Origin: an uncultured Pelagibacteraceae bacterium
GTDB taxonomy: Bacteria; Pseudomonadota; Alphaproteobacteria; Pelagibacterales; AG-422-B15
NCBI GenBank assembly: GCA_902544065.1
Contig: CACCAS010000001.1
Span: forward strand, 66,458 to 130,457
Direction of reading: 5' to 3'
Length of the DNA stretch: 64,000 nt
Shown: piece by piece, positions 1 through 8,425 of the stretch
Position numbering within the stretch: the first letter of the stretch is position 1
Layout: each line of letters starts with the position of its first letter
Made by a program: the position numbers and the translations under genes
Notes under the pieces: model-generated
Told to the model about the DNA's origin: nothing
Databases searched by the model: none
What the model saw: only the letters and a program-made list of their open reading frames with translations

Positions 1-141
1 CCACTGCCAGCAAAAATATATGCAAATGAAGGAGGCTGTCAGTTCCTATTCTATAAGGGTGAGGCACCACCTGAGATTTCCTACAAGGATAGAAAAGGAA
101 AATACATGAAACAAACCGGCGTTACTCTTCCCAAGCTATAA
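1..141 (+). CDS. 3' end of an unidentified CDS truncated by the window edge (46 codons + TAA)
   Basis: Frame 1 is open from base 1 to TAA at 139-141 (...[46 protein letters not shown]). Composition looks protein-like. It ends 6 nt before murA. No family recognised. Confidence 0.35.
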   Translation, partial: PLPAKIYANEGGCQFLFYKGEAPPEISYKDRKGKYMKQTGVTLPKL

Positions 142-147
142 AATTCA

Positions 148-1407
148 ATGCAGAAAATTGTTATAAATGGAGGACAACCTCTAAGGGGTGTGATTCCTGT
201 CAGTGGATCAAAAAATGCCGCTTTACCAATCATGGCTGCTAGTATTTTAACAAATGAGAAACTACAACTTTCAAATGTTCCAGATCTAGTTGATGTTAAA
301 ACTATGAGTATGGTCTTATCATCTCTCGGAGTTGATATCACAAAAAGTGTATCTAATAAAAATTCTATTGGGCTTCAATTTACAGATATAGAGAAAACTA
401 TCGCTGAATATGATTTAGTGAGAAAGATGCGAGCGAGCATATTAGTGCTCGGGCCATTACTTGCAAGAAAGCGTGAAGCCAGCGTATCTCTCCCAGGAGG
501 ATGTGCCATAGGTGCTCGGCCAATCGACATTCATATAGATGCACTCACAAAACTTGGTGCAACTTTTGAATTGGAAAAAGGATATATTCAATGTAGTGCA
601 CCAAAAGGACTGACTGGAAATAAGATTGAATTTCCTAAGGTATCTGTTGGGGCTACTGAAAATATCGTAATGGCGGCGTCATTAGCTAAAGGTGAGTCAA
701 AAATTTCTAACATCGCTTTAGAACCTGAGGTGATTGATTTGATTAACTGTTTAAATACCATGGGTGCAAAAATTGAACTTGGTGATAACAGGTCTCTCGT
801 AATCCAAGGGGTAACAACTTTGAATGGCTCAAATTATTCTATTATTCCTGATCGTATCGAGGCTATAACCTATATTATTGCAGGAGCACTAGCAGGAGAT
901 GGACTCAAAATAGAAAATTTAAATATTGAACACATTAGTAATGTTCTAGAAACTTTAAAGACATTGCCTGTAGATATAATTTTCGATGAAAGTACTGTGA
1001 CAGTAAATAAATCTAATATTAGTGAAGGTATTGAAATTAAAACAAAGGAATATCCTGGCTTTCCCACAGACGTTCAAGCTCAAATGATGGTTTTAATGTC
1101 CATGGCTAAAACAAAGTCAGTTATTGACGAGAACATATTTGAAAATAGATTCATGCATGTACCTGAATTGAATAGAATGGGAGCAAATATTGAAATTCTT
1201 GGCAAAAGAGCAATTATTAATCCTTGCTCAGGTTTCAGAGGAGCTCCAGTGATGGCAACTGATCTAAGAGCCTCAGTAAGTTTAATTTTAGCAGGTTTAG
1301 CAGCTGAAGGTGAAACCACGCTAAATCGCATCTATCACTTGGACAGAGGGTATGAACAAATTGAGGTAAAATTAGAAGCATGTGGCGCCGAGATTAAGCG
1401 GGTATAA
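148..1407 (+). CDS. murA: UDP-N-acetylglucosamine 1-carboxyvinyltransferase
   Basis: 419 aa. N-terminal 'GSKNAALPIMAASIL' and the catalytic Cys loop 'LPGGCAIGARPIDIH' are typical of MurA along the full length. Confidence 0.95.
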   Translation: MQKIVINGGQPLRGVIPVSGSKNAALPIMAASILTNEKLQLSNVPDLVDVKTMSMVLSSLGVDITKSVSNKNSIGLQFTDIEKTIAEYDLVRKMRASILVLGPLLARKREASVSLPGGCAIGARPIDIHIDALTKLGATFELEKGYIQCSAPKGLTGNKIEFPKVSVGATENIVMAASLAKGESKISNIALEPEVIDLINCLNTMGAKIELGDNRSLVIQGVTTLNGSNYSIIPDRIEAITYIIAGALAGDGLKIENLNIEHISNVLETLKTLPVDIIFDESTVTVNKSNISEGIEIKTKEYPGFPTDVQAQMMVLMSMAKTKSVIDENIFENRFMHVPELNRMGANIEILGKRAIINPCSGFRGAPVMATDLRASVSLILAGLAAEGETTLNRIYHLDRGYEQIEVKLEACGAEIKRV

Positions 1408-1412
1408 AAATT

Positions 1413-1835
1413 ATGAATTTGAATGCAATTGATACTGATGAATTAAAAATTATTGGGACAATATTGCAGGACGGACTCATTGAAGTAAGTGATATTAAAT
1501 ACCTACCTTCAATAAGATCATTTTTTCTAATGATTACACGATTTATGTGGGAAGAAAAAATAGTAAATAAAGTCAATCAGCGTATTAAGGCCGTCCTATG
1601 CTTTGAGGACGTCATATCAGTTTATTCAAAAAATATTGATCAATTGAATAAATCAAAGAAATTAGAACTTTTGACTTTTAACTATTATCCCAATAAGTCA
1701 AAAAATATTGAAATTGAATTGCTTTTCAAAAATGATGCAATTATAAAACTCGAAACTGAAATTATTCGGTGCAAATTAGATGATCAAGGAAATCCTTGGG
1801 ATACAGAAAAAAAAGTTAATGAACAAAATAATTAA
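1413..1835 (+). CDS. conserved hypothetical protein, DUF2948-like
   Basis: 140 aa. The 'LQDGLIEVSDIKYLPSIRSFFLMITRFMWEE' pattern and the position between murA and hisD match my recollection of alphaproteobacterial DUF2948. Not verified. Confidence 0.6.
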   Translation: MNLNAIDTDELKIIGTILQDGLIEVSDIKYLPSIRSFFLMITRFMWEEKIVNKVNQRIKAVLCFEDVISVYSKNIDQLNKSKKLELLTFNYYPNKSKNIEIELLFKNDAIIKLETEIIRCKLDDQGNPWDTEKKVNEQNN

Positions 1836-3114
1836 TACAAGCAATTCAGACTTTTCACAGGAATTTGAAAATTTAGTAAATACTAATAGGTCAGATGACG
1901 AAGATGTAAAAGATGTTGTAGCTAATATAATTAATGATGTAAAAACCAAAGGTGATGGCGCTTTAATAAAGTATACCAATGAACTTGATCGCAATGAACT
2001 TTCAAAATCAAACTTCATTTTAGATGAAACTGCAATCAACAATCAGACAGATGAATTACCTGAACAGATATGCAAGGCTATTCAAATAGCAGCAGATCGA
2101 GTCAGAGTTTACCATGAAAAACAATTACCACAGGATCTAAGTTTTAATGATGGTCTAAAATCTACACTTGGATACATGTGGAGGCCTTTGGAAACGGCAG
2201 GAATTTATGTGCCAGGTGGAACAGCTAGCTACCCTAGTACAGTTCTTATGAATGCAATACCGGCCATGGTTGCAGGAGTAAAAGAAACAGTAATGGCCAC
2301 ACCATTAACTGACGGACAGATAAATCCATCAGTTTTATATGCTGCAAAAATTGTGGGTATTAAAAAAATATATTGCATGGGTGGCTCTCAGGCAGTCGCT
2401 GCTATGGCATATGGAACTGAAAGCGTGGTTCCAGTAAATAAAATCGTTGGACCTGGCAATGTTTACGTTGCTGAAGCAAAACGGCAAGTCTCAGGACTTG
2501 TCGGGATTGATATGTTTGCGGGCCCTTCTGAAGTAGTTGTAATTTCTGACCAGAATAGTGATCCAAAAATTATCTCTGCTGATCTCATAGCCCAATCTGA
2601 GCATGATAAAAGCGCTCAAAGCATTTTGATTACCACTGATCAAGCATTAGCTGAAGCAGTTGAAAAAGAAGTACTTAGTCAGTTAAAGTCACTTCCGCGA
2701 AAAGAAATTGCGTCAGTGAGCTGGGATAAAAACGGCAAAATCATTGTTGTACGTGATCTCAAAGAGGCTTTTGATATCTCAAATCAATTAGCCCCTGAAC
2801 ACCTCGAGCTTGCCATTGATAATGCGAGAGATTTTCTTAAATATATTGTCAATGCAGGTGCAGTATTTATCGGTAGGAATACACCCGAAGCATTAGGTGA
2901 CTATGTTGCTGGTCCAAGCCATGTATTGCCTACATCAAGAAGTGCAAAATTTTCATCAGGACTATCAGTATTTGACTTCCTAAAGAAAATATCGCTTGTT
3001 GAGTTTACAAAAGAAGGTATTGAAGAAATTGGAAATAGTGCTATGACAATCGCTGATAATGAAGGTCTTGACGGACATTCAAGGTCAATAGAATATAGGC
3101 TTACAAAAAAATAA
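1819..3114 (+). CDS. hisD: histidinol dehydrogenase
   Basis: Motifs 'GPGNVYVAEAKR', 'AGPSEVVVI', 'QSEHD', 'APEHLEL'. The ORF opens at 1780, but the ATG at 1819 (MNKIINTSNSDF...) gives a typical HisD N-terminus and a shorter overlap with the upstream gene. Confidence 0.92.
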   Translation: MNKIINTSNSDFSQEFENLVNTNRSDDEDVKDVVANIINDVKTKGDGALIKYTNELDRNELSKSNFILDETAINNQTDELPEQICKAIQIAADRVRVYHEKQLPQDLSFNDGLKSTLGYMWRPLETAGIYVPGGTASYPSTVLMNAIPAMVAGVKETVMATPLTDGQINPSVLYAAKIVGIKKIYCMGGSQAVAAMAYGTESVVPVNKIVGPGNVYVAEAKRQVSGLVGIDMFAGPSEVVVISDQNSDPKIISADLIAQSEHDKSAQSILITTDQALAEAVEKEVLSQLKSLPRKEIASVSWDKNGKIIVVRDLKEAFDISNQLAPEHLELAIDNARDFLKYIVNAGAVFIGRNTPEALGDYVAGPSHVLPTSRSAKFSSGLSVFDFLKKISLVEFTKEGIEEIGNSAMTIADNEGLDGHSRSIEYRLTKK

Positions 3115-3117
3115 TAT

Positions 3118-3336
3118 ATGTCAAAAGAAGAGATTTTAGAATTTAAGGGTAAAGTTACTGATATACTTCCGAATGCAATGTTTAAAGTTGCACTAGAAAA
3201 TGGCCATGAAGTTCTGGCACATACAGCTGGTAGAATGAGAAAAAATAGAATTAGAGTCTTAGCGGGTGACGAAGTTCTTGTTCAGATCACACCTTATGAC
3301 CTTACTAAAGGTAGAATCATATTTAGATATAAATAA
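3118..3336 (+). CDS. infA: translation initiation factor IF-1
   Basis: 72 aa, canonical IF-1 sequence (...[35 protein letters not shown]). Confidence 0.97.
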   Translation: MSKEEILEFKGKVTDILPNAMFKVALENGHEVLAHTAGRMRKNRIRVLAGDEVLVQITPYDLTKGRIIFRYK

Positions 3337-3349
3337 CTAAGAGAATATA

Positions 3350-3922
3350 TTGAAATTTATTTTAGGCAGCTCATCTCCTAGAAGATTGGAATTGCTATCA
3401 ATTCTTGGGATCAAACCCGATGAAATAATCGCACCAAATATTGACGAGACGATCAACGAAAAGGAATTGCCCTTAGATTACTGTAAACGAATAGCCACTC
3501 AAAAGATGAAGTACTTTGATGGGAAGCATGAAAATATTGTTATTCTTACGGCAGATACTATTGCCTATAGTGGAAGAAGAATAATTGATAAAACAAATGA
3601 TGAAGTTATTGCTAGGAAAAATCTCAATAAATTATCGGGTCGAAGACATCGCGTTTCAACCGTATTGTGCCTAAGAGATACTAAGAATAAAGTCATAAGT
3701 AGGAGTGTCACAACTACAGTCAATTTTAAACTGCTTAATAAAAAAGATATTGATAATTACATCAAAACAAATGAATGGAAAAATGTTTCAGGATCATACA
3801 AAATTCAGGGATTTGCTGAAGTTTTTATCAAGTCAATAAACGGCTCGTATTCAAATGTAGTTGGGTTACCATTGTTTCAAACTAATAACTTACTGGGTTC
3901 GATTGGTTTAATTAAATCATGA
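3350..3922 (+). CDS. maf: Maf-like nucleoside triphosphate pyrophosphatase / septum formation protein
   Basis: 190 aa, TTG start. 'ILGSSSPRRLELL' N-terminus, 'GSYKIQG' and 'NVVGLPL' motifs of the Maf family. Confidence 0.88.
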   Translation: MKFILGSSSPRRLELLSILGIKPDEIIAPNIDETINEKELPLDYCKRIATQKMKYFDGKHENIVILTADTIAYSGRRIIDKTNDEVIARKNLNKLSGRRHRVSTVLCLRDTKNKVISRSVTTTVNFKLLNKKDIDNYIKTNEWKNVSGSYKIQGFAEVFIKSINGSYSNVVGLPLFQTNNLLGSIGLIKS

Positions 3923-4275
3923 GAGAATTAATTTTTATTTACAATGCAAAAAGTGGCATTTTTAATGCCCTCATAGATTGGGGTCATAAAATAATTTCAC
4001 CAAGTACGTATGAATGTCATTTGTGCTCTATCACATATAACAATCGCGGTAAGGAAAAGATTTGGGGTAATTATCTTAAGTCGCTAAAAATAAAGTGCAG
4101 ATTTTATTACATTGACCAACTCGAAGACTTAGAGTTTGTACCTAAGCAAATCAACTTACCATGCGTTTATATTAAAAATGACGATAATTATCAGCTTATG
4201 ATTGATGCTCATGAATTAAATTCATTTAAAAGTGTGCAGGATTTGATAAGCAGACTAAATGAAAAGCTTAATTAA
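3919..4275 (+). CDS. small conserved hypothetical protein with a CxxC motif
   Basis: 118 aa. Start overlaps the maf stop (ATGA). Contains 'YECHLCSITYN'. No family recognised with confidence. Confidence 0.6.
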   Translation: MRELIFIYNAKSGIFNALIDWGHKIISPSTYECHLCSITYNNRGKEKIWGNYLKSLKIKCRFYYIDQLEDLEFVPKQINLPCVYIKNDDNYQLMIDAHELNSFKSVQDLISRLNEKLN

Positions 4276-4344
4276 TTAGCAATAAGAATATTTTCTTTGC
4301 ACGAATACTTCTTATAGAATAAAAGACTTACATTACTAACGTGA

Positions 4345-4420
4345 GGCTCGATAGCTCAGTTGGTAGAGCAAAGGACTGAAAATCCTTGTGTCGGTGGTTC
4401 AAATCCACCTCGAGCCACCA
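4345..4420 (+). tRNA. tRNA-Phe (anticodon GAA), CCA encoded
   Basis: 76-nt cloverleaf read by hand: acceptor GGCTCGA/TCGAGCC, D arm GCTC-AGTTGGTA-GAGC, anticodon arm AAGGA-CTGAAAA-TCCTT, T arm GGTGG-TTCAAAT-CCACC, discriminator A, then CCA. Confidence 0.93.
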
Positions 4421-4425
4421 CTTAT

Positions 4426-4502
4426 GCAGCTGTAGCTCAGTTGGTTAGAGCGCCTGGTTGTGGACCAGGAGGTCGGTAGTTCAAGTCTACCCAGCTGTAC
4501 CA
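4426..4502 (+). tRNA. tRNA-His (anticodon GUG), no encoded G-1, discriminator A73, CCA encoded
   Basis: 77-nt cloverleaf: acceptor GCAGCTG/CAGCTGT (G1:U72), D arm GCTC-AGTTGGTTA-GAGC, anticodon arm CCTGG-TTGTGGA-CCAGG, T arm GGTAG-TTCAAGT-CTACC, A73, CCA. The base at -1 (4425) is T. Confidence 0.9.
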
Positions 4503-5686
4503 ACTAATGTTTTTTTTACGGGAAGAGTTAGTACGATTATAAAGAGCAGGATCATTACAAATCCAAAAACTAAATAAAGAAATCCAAACTCACCGCTTAT
4601 TTCATAGCTTCTAGAAATTAGAATTAGGGCTATTGGCCCTACAGAGAATGAAACAATGAATTTTATACCATATACAAGACTTTGATATTTTTCTGGCGAG
4701 AATTTAGCCAGTAATAGATTTTCTGCTGGAAGTATACTTGAATTAAAAGCAACAATCATAAGACTGATAACAATTAACCAATAATTTGATAGACTAACAA
4801 TGAATAAAAGAAGTGTGCCTTGTCCGATGATGCCAATAGCATAAATTACTTTTTCAGAATATTTATCTGTTAAAATACCACCTATGTAGTTCATTAAGCC
4901 GCTTACAATATAAATGGCGGCTACAATATATCCAATCTCAGACGTTGAGAGGTTTAAGCTGTTTGACAGTCTGATATCAATTATTTTAGGCAAACTTGTT
5001 TGAAGAATTTGATATACAAAACTCAAGCATGTAATACTTACAAGCATAATAATTGCAATTTTTAGCATTTGATTTTTTTCTGGATTATCTCGAAATTGTT
5101 CTGATTTAATATTAGTCAATGAAATTTTTCCTGATTTCAAATGATATGAGAGACATAAGCCTGTTAGAATAGAAATTATTCCAGGCAATATAAACGCTGC
5201 TTGCCAATTAATCTGATCAATTAAAATACCAGCAAAAAAAGCTCCCAATCCAATTCCTACGCCTCCAAATATATTATTGAAACCAAGTGCACGTCCTGTT
5301 TCTTTTGATGTATTAACTATCCATGATATTCCTGCAGGGTGATATATTGAGCAAAATAAGCCAAGCAAGGATAGACTAATAAAAAGAGATAATTTATTCC
5401 CACTCAGCCCACAAAGAACCGAACTAATACCTAGACCTAAAAACATTATTGCAATCATTCCTGAACGGCTCCATCGATCACTAATCCATCCAGCTGGTAA
5501 AGATCCTATGCCAACAAGAAGAGACCCAAGAAACCATAGATTTAAAAGCTCGTCATATGAAAATTTCCACTCATCTTCAATCGCAAGTACAATTACAAAG
5601 TAAAATGCAGCAAACATGTGCATCAATAGATGGCCAAGCGCAGCATAAATAACAGTTAATTTTCTAACGTTTTCAGTGATAACCAT
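4487..5686 (-). CDS. MFS-type transporter
   Basis: 399 aa with about 12 hydrophobic segments. 'GWISDRWSRSGM' resembles the MFS loop 2-3 motif. Substrate unknown. Confidence 0.85.
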   Translation of the reverse strand: MVITENVRKLTVIYAALGHLLMHMFAAFYFVIVLAIEDEWKFSYDELLNLWFLGSLLVGIGSLPAGWISDRWSRSGMIAIMFLGLGISSVLCGLSGNKLSLFISLSLLGLFCSIYHPAGISWIVNTSKETGRALGFNNIFGGVGIGLGAFFAGILIDQINWQAAFILPGIISILTGLCLSYHLKSGKISLTNIKSEQFRDNPEKNQMLKIAIIMLVSITCLSFVYQILQTSLPKIIDIRLSNSLNLSTSEIGYIVAAIYIVSGLMNYIGGILTDKYSEKVIYAIGIIGQGTLLLFIVSLSNYWLIVISLMIVAFNSSILPAENLLLAKFSPEKYQSLVYGIKFIVSFSVGPIALILISRSYEISGEFGFLYLVFGFVMILLFIIVLTLPVKKTLVGTAG

Positions 5687-5774
5687 TTAATAAAAATAGA
5701 GTATTTCTACTTCACTTAATAATAAAAATTATAAAAATTTGACTTTTTTGAATAAATAAGGCATTTCACTGTTC

Positions 5775-5852
5775 ATGATTGTTTTTACACATCATCATAT
5801 TCATATTTAAGTTTGCTGAACAAAAAGCGTCAGCGAACAACGACCCCTTTTT
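5775..5852 (+). promoter_or_regulatory. candidate histidine leader peptide (MIVFTHHHIHI*, 5775-5810) plus alternative hairpins (candidate attenuator)
   Basis: ATG at 5775, four His codons (CAT) at 5790-5798 and 5802-5804, TAA at 5808-5810. A 9-bp hairpin (5811-5819 / 5830-5838) overlaps an A-tract/GC-stem/T-tract element (5822-5852). It lies 49 nt upstream of hisS. Confidence 0.45.
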
Positions 5853-5900
5853 ATATTAAATAAATTAACTTTGTAGTATCGTACTAACGATTGGAATCGT

Positions 5901-7292
5901 ATGACTAAAAATAACAATAACCCCAAGGCCATTTTACCTAGAGGGTTTAAAGATAGTGAGAAACAACTCCTGACTCTCAGAAAAATAGTTACTGAGGTAA
6001 TAGAGGAAGAGTGTCAAAAATTTGGATTTGTTGAATTAGAAACTTCATCCATTGAATATACTGATAGTCTAGGCAAGTTTTTGCCTGATATAGATCGACC
6101 AAGCGGAGGAGTTTTTTCGTTACAAGATGAAGATGGTCAATGGCTATCATTGCGATATGACCTTACAGCTCCTTTAGCACGATATGTTGCACAGAATTAT
6201 CAGAATTTAGTGAAGCCATTTAAAAGATATCAATCCGGAATAGTATGGAGAAATGAAAAGCCAGGACCTGGACGATTCAGAGAATTCTTACAATTTGATG
6301 CAGATGTTATCGGAATTCAGTCAAATCTAATCGATGCTGAATTATGTGTCATGGTTGTAAATATTTTAAGAAGACTTGGTTTAAATGATTCTCAATTTAA
6401 AATTAAATATTCAAATAGAAAAATTTGGACAAATCTTTTTGAGAAAATAAATGCTTCGAAAGAAGTTGAGTCAAAAATTCTTAGAGCAGTAGATAAAAAG
6501 GATCGTCTAGGTGATGAAGGTGTTAAAGACTTATTATGTGAGGGTAGAAAAGATAAATCTGGTGATTTTATGGAAGGTGTAGGTCTTAATAATGAACAAG
6601 CATCAATGATTTTAGACTTCATGAACGACCAGAAGCAAACGAGTGATGATATTGATGAGTTTAACTCTTATCTAGGGAATTTTGCCGATTATCCAATTTC
6701 ATTTGATCCATCTATTGTAAGAGGATTGGATTACTATACAGGCATGATTTTTGAAGCTGAACTATTAATTGATGTAAAAAATACAAAAGGTGAAACTATA
6801 GTTTTTGGATCAGTGGCTGGAGGAGGAAGATATGACAAACTGATATCAAGATTTGGAAAAGAAGACGTTCCCGCTACTGGCATTTCTGTTGGTGTTGACA
6901 GGCTTATTGTCGCTCTAGAGCAGTTGGATCTCATTAAAGTCAAATCGAGACCTTTAGTAATTGTAGCAAATTTAGGAGATAATAATTTATCCGAGTATAT
7001 TCGAATGGCATCTGAAATTAGAGATGCAGGCATGGCCTGCGAGATTTCTTTTGGCTCAAAAAATTTAGCTAAGCAACTTAAATATTGCGATCGCAAGCAA
7101 GCTGATGCAGTTGTAATTGCAGGTGATGATGAAATTAAAAATAATAAAATATCACTTAAAGATTTAAAAGAGGGAAGTGAGATTTCAAAAAATATAACTG
7201 GACGTGAAAAATGGAAAGAAACTAAAGCAGGTCAAAAAGAAGTAATTAGAGAGAATTTAGTAAGCACTCTAAAGGAAATACTAAAAATTTGA
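5901..7292 (+). CDS. hisS: histidyl-tRNA synthetase
   Basis: 463 aa. Class II motifs 'RYDLTAPLAR', 'FREFLQFDADVIG', 'GGGRYDKL', 'GISVGVDRL', plus a C-terminal anticodon-binding domain. Confidence 0.93.
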   Translation: MTKNNNNPKAILPRGFKDSEKQLLTLRKIVTEVIEEECQKFGFVELETSSIEYTDSLGKFLPDIDRPSGGVFSLQDEDGQWLSLRYDLTAPLARYVAQNYQNLVKPFKRYQSGIVWRNEKPGPGRFREFLQFDADVIGIQSNLIDAELCVMVVNILRRLGLNDSQFKIKYSNRKIWTNLFEKINASKEVESKILRAVDKKDRLGDEGVKDLLCEGRKDKSGDFMEGVGLNNEQASMILDFMNDQKQTSDDIDEFNSYLGNFADYPISFDPSIVRGLDYYTGMIFEAELLIDVKNTKGETIVFGSVAGGGRYDKLISRFGKEDVPATGISVGVDRLIVALEQLDLIKVKSRPLVIVANLGDNNLSEYIRMASEIRDAGMACEISFGSKNLAKQLKYCDRKQADAVVIAGDDEIKNNKISLKDLKEGSEISKNITGREKWKETKAGQKEVIRENLVSTLKEILKI

Positions 7293-7295
7293 GCT

Positions 7296-8423
7296 ATGTC
7301 ACTACAGGAATTAAATATTAGATTAAAAGATTATTTTATTGAGTTAGGATTTCAATATGTAGAGCTTCCTTTAGTACATGACTCTGACATTTTTTATGAA
7401 ACATCGGGAGAAGAAATCAGAAGTCAGATGTATTCTTTTATAGACGGTTCAGGGAAGGAAAAATGTCTGAGACCAGATATGACGATCCCTACGTGTCAAA
7501 GTTTTATTAAAAGTGATGATAAAATAAATGAAGCTAATTTATGCTATAGTGGACCCGTATTTAGGTCAACCAATGGAATAAACGATGCATCAATTGAATT
7601 AAACCAATCAGGGGTTGAAATTATTTTTACAGAAAAAAAGCTAAAAACCATTTATGAAAAAGATATATATACGCTTAAAACGGCAGTCAAAATTCTAGAA
7701 AAATTAAATATTAATGAATACCAAATTAAAATAGGCAGTCTAAACCTCTTTAATAGTTTTATAAGTTATTTAGATTTACCGATTAGGTGGAAACAAAGAA
7801 TTGTCAGGCATTTTTTTAGAAGAACATATTTTGATAGTTTGTTAAATCGATTAGGGCAAGGTGTCGGCTATGACATTTTGAAAAAAGATGAAATTATCAA
7901 TGAAAAACTAGGTTTGAATGCCAATTCAAGTGGAAATTTGGCTGATCTAATTAATTCTAATAGCAATTCTGATTCAGGCTCAAGAACAGTTGAAGAAATC
8001 GTCAAACGATTTCAGGAGAAAAGTGAAAACATCGTCTCTGAAAGCAACGGAAAACAAATTGTAAATCTGATAAAAAATTTTTTAGGTTTAAACGCTTCTC
8101 TTGATACTTTTCCGAACATTCTAAGAGAGTTTGTAAGTGATCAAAGGCTTGAGTTTTTTAAAAAAGAGATTGATGGCGTTGAAGAATTCAAGAACGCTGT
8201 CTCATCTGAAATGGATATATCTAAAATTAATTTTAACAATGACTTTGGACATTCAATTGAATTTTATGATGGTGTTATGTTCGAAATCTATGATCAATCA
8301 GGCAATTTAAAGTTAATAACTGGTGGAAGATACGATAAGTTACTTAATATTTTAGGGTCCAGAAACAATCTGTCAGCTATAGGGTTTGCAACAAATAATA
8401 ATAACTTAAGTAAAATTATATAA
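7296..8423 (+). CDS. hisZ: ATP phosphoribosyltransferase regulatory subunit (HisRS paralogue)
   Basis: 375 aa. HisRS-like catalytic core ('LRPDMTIP', 'GGRYDKLL') without an anticodon-binding domain. Sits immediately upstream of a short-form hisG. Confidence 0.85.
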   Translation: MSLQELNIRLKDYFIELGFQYVELPLVHDSDIFYETSGEEIRSQMYSFIDGSGKEKCLRPDMTIPTCQSFIKSDDKINEANLCYSGPVFRSTNGINDASIELNQSGVEIIFTEKKLKTIYEKDIYTLKTAVKILEKLNINEYQIKIGSLNLFNSFISYLDLPIRWKQRIVRHFFRRTYFDSLLNRLGQGVGYDILKKDEIINEKLGLNANSSGNLADLINSNSNSDSGSRTVEEIVKRFQEKSENIVSESNGKQIVNLIKNFLGLNASLDTFPNILREFVSDQRLEFFKKEIDGVEEFKNAVSSEMDISKINFNNDFGHSIEFYDGVMFEIYDQSGNLKLITGGRYDKLLNILGSRNNLSAIGFATNNNNLSKII

Positions 8424-8425
8424 TC

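Noticed and set aside
81-341. 86-aa minus-strand ORF spanning the murA start
   Set aside because: It overlaps the murA 5' end and the upstream truncated plus-strand CDS. It has no motifs. The plus-strand reading frames explain the region better.
1780-1818. Upstream ATG (1780) as the hisD start, and TTG (16755) as the lspA start
   Set aside because: Both extensions add residues atypical for the families and lengthen overlaps with the preceding genes. The internal ATGs at 1819 and 16788 (TAATG junction) give canonical N-termini.
4297-4320. Possible sigma-70 promoter for the tRNA-Phe/tRNA-His pair (TTGCAC ... TAGAAT)
   Set aside because: The spacer between the hexamers is only 12 nt. AT-rich sequence yields many -10-like hexamers by chance, so this is not supportable.
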